From: Acidimicrobiales bacterium
GTDB taxonomy: Bacteria > Actinomycetota > Acidimicrobiia > Acidimicrobiales > SHLQ01
Direction: 5' to 3'
NCBI GenBank assembly: GCA_965216815.1
Contig: OZ244202.1
Span: 145,694-209,693 of the forward strand
Length of the DNA: 64,000 nucleotides
The notes beneath the pieces were generated by a model that worked only from the letters and a program-made list of their open reading frames with translations, made no database searches and had not been told where the DNA came from. Of this stretch, positions 58,912-64,000 are shown piece after piece; the stretch's first letter is position 1; each line of letters opens with the position of its first letter. The translations under genes and the position numbers were made by a program.

Positions 58912-60194
58912 GAATTACCGGCTTCGAGACGTTCGACCTGCGCTTTCCGACCTCCCGTGGTCTGCATGGGTCCGATGCCATGAACCCCGACCCCGACTAC
59001 TCGGCCGCCTACGTCATCCTCACCACAGACACCGACGAGATCGGCTGCGGCCTGACGTTCACCATCGGCCGCGGCAACGACGTGGTGTGCGCAGGCATCG
59101 ACGCTCTCGCGCCGTCGGTCGTCGGGCTCGACATCGACAACGCAGCGGGAGCGATGGGAGCGTTGGCTCGTCGATTGGTCGGCGACTCCCAGCTTCGCTG
59201 GATCGGTCCCGAAAAGGGTGTGATGCACCTGGCCACAGCAGCAGTGCTCAACGCGACATGGGATCTCGTAGCCAAACGCGCTGGCATGCCCGTTTGGCAA
59301 CTGCTCTGCGCGATGTCGCCGTCGGAGATCGTCGAGCTCGTCGACTTCCGCTACCTGACCGATGAGCTGACACCGGCCATGGCCCTCGATCTGCTCGAGT
59401 CGCGCCGTGACGGTCTCGACGATCGCGTCGCTGCGCTGCAAGAGAACGGCTTCGCCGCCTACACCACCTCGGCCGGGTGGCTCGGCTACGACGACGAGAC
59501 CGTGCGGGAGCGCTGCCAGGAAGCCATGCGGGCCGGGTTCGGCGCGGTGAAGCTGAAGGTCGGAGCCGACATCGACGCCGACGTCGCCCGCCTCGAGCTG
59601 GTGCGATCGGTCATCGGCGACGACTTCAGCCTCATGGTCGATGCCAATCAGGTCTGGGACGTGCCCGAGGCGATCGACGCGATACGAGCACTTCAGCGCT
59701 TCGATCTGGGCTGGGTCGAGGAACCGACCAGCCCCGACGACGTGCTCGGTCACGCCGCTATCGCCCGTGCCATGTCACCCACACCGATCGCGACCGGCGA
59801 GATGGCCCAGAACCGAGTCGTGTTCAAACAACTCCTTCAGGCCGATGCGATCGGAATAGCCCAACCCGATTCGTGCAGGCTGGCGAGCGTCAACGAGTTC
59901 ATCGCTGTCCTGCTCCTCTGCGCCGCACGCGACGTGCCGGTGTGTCCTCACGCGGGCGGGGTCGGGCTCAACGAGTACATAGTTCACCTCGCCGCGTTCG
60001 ATCAGGCCGCGGTTGCGGCGACGCCGGACGGCCGCATTGTCGAATACGTCGCCCACTGCTCGGAGCACATCGTGAACCCGGTGGTCGAACGCGGCGGCCG
60101 CTACCTGCTGCCCGAACGGGCCGGTTACGGCGCCGAGTTCATCGGGGCATCGGTCGCGGAGTTCCGGTTCCCGCATGGAGCGGCATGGCGGTGA
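58908..60194 (+). CDS. L-fuconate dehydratase (enolase superfamily)
   Basis: RFPTS..GSDAMNPDPDYSAAY, FTIGRGN, AYTTSAGWLGY, KLKVG, DANQ, EEPTSPDD, CPHAGGVG. Confidence 0.92.
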   Translation: MRITGFETFDLRFPTSRGLHGSDAMNPDPDYSAAYVILTTDTDEIGCGLTFTIGRGNDVVCAGIDALAPSVVGLDIDNAAGAMGALARRLVGDSQLRWIGPEKGVMHLATAAVLNATWDLVAKRAGMPVWQLLCAMSPSEIVELVDFRYLTDELTPAMALDLLESRRDGLDDRVAALQENGFAAYTTSAGWLGYDDETVRERCQEAMRAGFGAVKLKVGADIDADVARLELVRSVIGDDFSLMVDANQVWDVPEAIDAIRALQRFDLGWVEEPTSPDDVLGHAAIARAMSPTPIATGEMAQNRVVFKQLLQADAIGIAQPDSCRLASVNEFIAVLLLCAARDVPVCPHAGGVGLNEYIVHLAAFDQAAVAATPDGRIVEYVAHCSEHIVNPVVERGGRYLLPERAGYGAEFIGASVAEFRFPHGAAWR

Positions 60195-60358
60195 GCGAGT
60201 TCGACCGCTACCTCACGTAGCGGCGTAGCGAACCGGGGCGTTGCACATGTTGTACTTCGGCATCCCCTGGCAGCACCTGACCGATCAGGCCCCAACGCAC
60301 CAGGTCTTCTACCTCGTTCGGCTCAGTAATTGGCGTCGTGCACCGGCGAAACCGCAAG

Positions 60359-60892
60359 GTGTCAGGCGCTGGGGACTCGGTCGTGAAGATCAACAGCCAC
60401 CGCGCGCCGCTCCGGACCGCGCCGTCGACGCTGAGCGATGTCCGGCTGGCGGCAGCCACCGATGTCGTCGAGGAGTGGAACTCACCCGACGGTTCGAGGA
60501 TCGTCGTCGTGCCCGTGGGCCACGACGGCATCGAGACGATCGAGGTCACCTGGTCGACATCGCTCGTCGACGACGTGGGTTCGTTTCTGTGCGAGGCCCT
60601 GGGCGGTGTCGACGACGACGGCACGATTTCGATCGGCCATTCGCGGATCGCTCTCGAGGCCGGCGAGCCCGTGGGCGACATCGGTGAGCTCGACGCCACC
60701 GGTATGCGATACCTGACGGTGCAGGTGCGCGACGTCGACCACGAGCATGGGCGCGTGCTCGCTCTGGGAGCTACGGAAGGCGCGCCACCGCGAACCCTCG
60801 GTGAGACTGCGCACATCTCGTTCGTTCGGGCTCCCGACGGCACATGGATCGAGCTCTCTCAGAGAGCCTCGCTCACCCGGCCCCTCACCTGA
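60359..60892 (+). pseudogene. VOC/glyoxalase-family protein, apparently missing its N-terminus
   Basis: GDSVVKIN, YLTVQVRDV, SFVRAPDGTWIELSQ; upstream sequence does not look VOC-like and has no convincing start. Confidence 0.55.
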
Positions 60893-60913
60893 ACCCCACG
60901 CAGCCCGCTCGAC

Positions 60914-60966
60914 CCGTTCTAGGGAGCAAAACCCACGTCTGACGTGGGTTAGGCGCCAAATTTCGG
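60914..60966. repeat. 53-bp intergenic repeat, family C, copy 2
   Basis: Contains the perfect palindrome AACCCACGTC-T-GACGTGGGTT. Confidence 0.8.
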
Positions 60967-61051
60967 GAGGTGTGTCCCCTACGATGCCAGGGATGCCGAC
61001 GGATCGTAAACGCGCGGGCCGAGACGACTACCCGCCTGGTGAGCAGCTCCG

Positions 61052-62653
61052 ATGATCCTCGCGATCCGGACGAAGCTGTTCTGGCTCGTCGTCGCACTGA
61101 CAGCGCTGTTCGTCGCACTGGCCATCGTCTCGACGGCCTGGTGGCTGGCTCCCGCCGTGGTCACTGGGGTACTCGCTCTGCTGGGCCTGCGCGACATCGC
61201 TCAACCACGACACAGCATCCTTCGCAACTACCCGATCGTGGGCCATCTGCGTTACCTGCTCGAAGACGCCGGCCCCGAGATGCACCAGTACATCGTCGAG
61301 AACGACACGGAGGGCAAGCCGTTCAACCGTGACACCCGGTCGCTCGTCTACCAGCGTGCAAAGGACGTGGCGGACAAGAAGGCGTTCGGAACCGAGCTCG
61401 ACGTCTACGCCGAGGGCTATACGTGGATGGTCCACTCGGTCGCTCCAAAGCCGATGCCCGACGACCCGGTGGCAGCACTGCGGGTGCGCATAGGTGGCGC
61501 TCAATGCACAGAGCCCTACGACTCATCTGTCTTCAACATCTCGGCGATGAGCTTCGGTGCCCTTGGCCATGCTGCGATAACGGCGATGAACACCGGCGCG
61601 CGCGATGGCGGGTTCGCGCACAACACCGGCGAGGGCGGGTTGAGCCGCCATCACCTCGAGCCCGGCGGCGACCTCGTCTGGCAGATCGGCACCGGCTATT
61701 TCGGTTGTCGGGCCGCCGACGGCGGCTTCTCCGAGCAGCTGTTCGCAGAGAATGCCGGCCACGAACAGGTGAGGATGATCGAGCTCAAACTGTCGCAGGG
61801 AGCCAAGCCCGGCCACGGTGGCATCCTTCCCGGCAAGAAGGTGACCGGCGAGATCGCCGCAGCGCGTGGCGTGCCCGCCGGCAAGGACGTGTTCTCCCCC
61901 ACCTATCACCGCGCATTCTCCACTCCCCGCGAGATGTTGGGCTTCATCGCACGACTTCGCGAGCTGTCCGATGGCAAGCCGATCGGGTTCAAACTGTGTG
62001 TCGGCAAGCCGATCGAGTTCATGGCGATCGTCAAGGCGATGATCGAAACCGACACCTATCCCGACTTCGTGGTGGTCGACGGTGCCGAGGGCGGTACGGG
62101 CGCGGCGCCGCTGGAGTTCTCCGACAACCTCGGCACACCGTTGATCGACGGGTTGATGTTCGTGCAGAACGTGTTGGTCGGTGCCGGCGTGCGTGATCGG
62201 GTCCGCATCGGCGCTTCCGGCAAGCTCGTCACCGCCTCGGCGATCGCCCGTGCGATGGCCCTCGGCGCTGACTTCTGCACCTCGGCGCGCGGCTTCATGT
62301 TCGCAGTCGGCTGCATCCAGTCACAGCACTGCCACACAAACCGTTGCCCAGTCGGTGTGGCGACCCAGGATCGGAAGCTCCAGCGCGCCCTGGTCGTCGA
62401 CGACAAGGCGAAGAGGGTCGAGCAGTTCCACCGAAACACCGTCGAGGCATTGGCCGAGCTCGTCGCGGCGATGGGTCTCGATCATCCGAGCGAACTGACG
62501 TCGGGGATGATCCTCAAACGCGACGTGCACCTGAGAGTCGAGCCGTTCACGGAAATGGCGGCGACCCACCCACCGAACTGCCTGATCGCAGGCACCGCGC
62601 CCGCCGACTCGCAACAGCTCTGGGACCAGGCGACCGTCGAACGCTTCTCGTGA
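61052..62653 (+). CDS. FMN-binding glutamate synthase family protein with N-terminal TM helices
   Basis: NISAMSFG, NTGEGG, KLSQGAKPGHGG, DGAEGGTGAAP, CIQSQHCHTNRCPVGVATQ. Confidence 0.92.
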   Translation: MILAIRTKLFWLVVALTALFVALAIVSTAWWLAPAVVTGVLALLGLRDIAQPRHSILRNYPIVGHLRYLLEDAGPEMHQYIVENDTEGKPFNRDTRSLVYQRAKDVADKKAFGTELDVYAEGYTWMVHSVAPKPMPDDPVAALRVRIGGAQCTEPYDSSVFNISAMSFGALGHAAITAMNTGARDGGFAHNTGEGGLSRHHLEPGGDLVWQIGTGYFGCRAADGGFSEQLFAENAGHEQVRMIELKLSQGAKPGHGGILPGKKVTGEIAAARGVPAGKDVFSPTYHRAFSTPREMLGFIARLRELSDGKPIGFKLCVGKPIEFMAIVKAMIETDTYPDFVVVDGAEGGTGAAPLEFSDNLGTPLIDGLMFVQNVLVGAGVRDRVRIGASGKLVTASAIARAMALGADFCTSARGFMFAVGCIQSQHCHTNRCPVGVATQDRKLQRALVVDDKAKRVEQFHRNTVEALAELVAAMGLDHPSELTSGMILKRDVHLRVEPFTEMAATHPPNCLIAGTAPADSQQLWDQATVERFS

Positions 62654-62702
62654 TTCGGGAGTCTCGCTCGGGCTCTGGCTGACCCAGTTGGGGTCCGCAC
62701 CG

Positions 62703-63230
62703 TCAACCTTCCGAGTCGCGGCCCGACGGCAGCGTGATCGACACTCTGGCGCCTCGGCCCGGCCTGTTGGTCGCATGGCTCGTTCCGCCGTGGGCCGACA
62801 CGATCGCGGAGACGATCGACAGTCCGAGGCCGGCCCCACCACTACGGCGGACGCTGGCCCTCGACCCCCGTTGAAATTTATCGAAGACGCGGGCGATCTG
62901 CTCCTCCTCGAAACCCGGACCTGAATCGGCGACGTCGATCACCACATGGCTCGCCTCGCGGGTGATCGTGATCCGGACCGGCGTACCCCGAGGCGTATGA
63001 GCGCGGGCGTTGTCGAGCAGGTTCGAGATCACCTGCGTGAGCCGGTATTCGTCACCCTCCACCATGGCGGTACGAGGGCCGTGATAGCTGACCGGTCGGT
63101 CGGGCTCGATAGCGAGACACTCGTCGATCGCCCCCTTCACGAGCGGCACCAGATCGACCGGTGCCGACTCGAGCTCGTGCCCACGATCGAGCCGGGCGAG
63201 CAGCACGAGGTCTTCGAAGAACCGCCGCAT
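62703..63230 (-). pseudogene. Sensor histidine kinase C-terminal fragment (HATPase_c only)
   Basis: EDLVLLARLD, NLLDNA, DSGPG, GAGLGL; in-frame TAG immediately before the ATG; no H-box or sensor domain. Confidence 0.75.
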
Positions 63231-63322
63231 CTACAACAGGTCCGCGCCCGCGGGCTCCCAAATCATGGGTCGATCCTAGGGTGCCAACGCGACTAGTTTC
63301 GGTGCCATGAGCGTTTGCGGAA

Positions 63323-63859
63323 ATGTGCATAGGCGAAGCTCCCCACCGCAGAGGCGCAGGGGCAACCTTGCGCGAATCGACTTCCCGAGTGGCCCCCGTG
63401 CACGGTGAGGTAACCCAGTTCATGGCCGCACCGATCGGCCGTGTATGGGACCTGGTGTGCGACATCATGCGCATCGGCGAGTTCAGTCCCGAGACCTTCG
63501 AGGCCGAGTGGCTCGATGGAGCTACCGAGGCTGCAATCGGGGCGCGCTTTCGCGGCCACGTCAAGCGCAATCAAAGAGGGCCGACCTACTGGAGCGAGTG
63601 CGTGGTCACCGATCTCGTGCCCGAGAGACGATTCGGTTTCGACGTCGTGGCCGGCGGAAGAGCACTGAACCACTGGCAGTTCGATCTCCAACCAGCCGAC
63701 GGCGGAACCGACGTCACCGAGTCGTTCAAACTGGCCGACCGACTTCCCATGCGCATCTACTGGAAGCTGCTCGGCCGCTGGCGCTCGCAGACCAACCTCG
63801 AGGGCATGGACGCCACGTTGGTTCGCATGAAAGAAGTAGTCGAGGCCGAAGGAGCCTGA
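63323..63859 (+). CDS. SRPBCC family protein (true start probably GTG 63389 or 63398)
   Basis: VWDLV.D..RIGEFSPE, GARFRG, GGTDVTESF. Confidence 0.88.
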   Translation: MCIGEAPHRRGAGATLRESTSRVAPVHGEVTQFMAAPIGRVWDLVCDIMRIGEFSPETFEAEWLDGATEAAIGARFRGHVKRNQRGPTYWSECVVTDLVPERRFGFDVVAGGRALNHWQFDLQPADGGTDVTESFKLADRLPMRIYWKLLGRWRSQTNLEGMDATLVRMKEVVEAEGA

Positions 63860-63869
63860 GTTAGCACCG

Positions 63870-64000
63870 TCAGCGCGCGGCGTCGAGCCGGACGAGGCCG
63901 TCGAGTATCAGGTCGAGCACGAGTTCGAAGCTGCTTTCGGTATCTCCATCGAGATGCTGCTGCACATGGGTGATGGTGAAGGGGTGTTCGTCGGGCGAGA
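63870..64000 (-). CDS. TetR family regulator C-terminal end (5'-partial)
   Basis: Manual translation ..EHPFTITHVQQHLDGDTESSFELVLDLILDGLVRLDAAR*, typical TetR_C ending. Confidence 0.7.
   Translation of the reverse strand, partial: SPDEHPFTITHVQQHLDGDTESSFELVLDLILDGLVRLDAAR

Noticed and set aside
1..64000. tRNA, rRNA, riboswitch, transposase or prophage genes
   Set aside because: None recognised by eye; intergenic gaps are short and mostly filled by the repeats. tRNAscan-SE and Infernal/Rfam would be needed to exclude small RNAs.

Overview
GC-rich, gene-dense bacterial chromosome segment. Gene content and frequent leaderless-type starts suggest an actinobacterium, possibly Acidimicrobiia (inference). 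It holds about 55 CDS, mainly catabolic and ion-homeostasis genes: nagA, a CYP130-like P450, a Baeyer-Villiger monooxygenase, three acyl-CoA dehydrogenases, tetR-alkB, modABC, a seven-gene mrp antiporter operon, mhpD/F/E-type meta-cleavage lower-pathway genes, a tandem CNNM/hemolysin-family pair and a partial non-phosphorylative L-fucose pathway. I saw no rRNA, tRNA, CRISPR array, integrase or transposase. Main observations: (1) a hidden selenoprotein candidate: two ORFs at 24352-25422 (-) join through an in-frame UGA into one AhpD-like protein with a C-F-Y-U-x-x-S-H motif, followed by a SECIS-like hairpin and co-oriented with modABC; (2) a ~50-bp palindromic repeat occurring as two matched direct-repeat pairs, one tightly bracketing the mrp operon and one the CNNM pair, and supplying stop codons to four genes; (3) a surface protein with a sortase-like LAYTG-TM-basic signal at its N-terminus instead of its C-terminus; (4) a second 65-bp REP-like family with compensatory base changes; (5) several broken genes (LuxR frameshift, mhpF amber codon, truncated kinase and VOC genes) that could be real decay or sequencing errors. 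Product calls come from recognising motifs by eye; no database searches were run.
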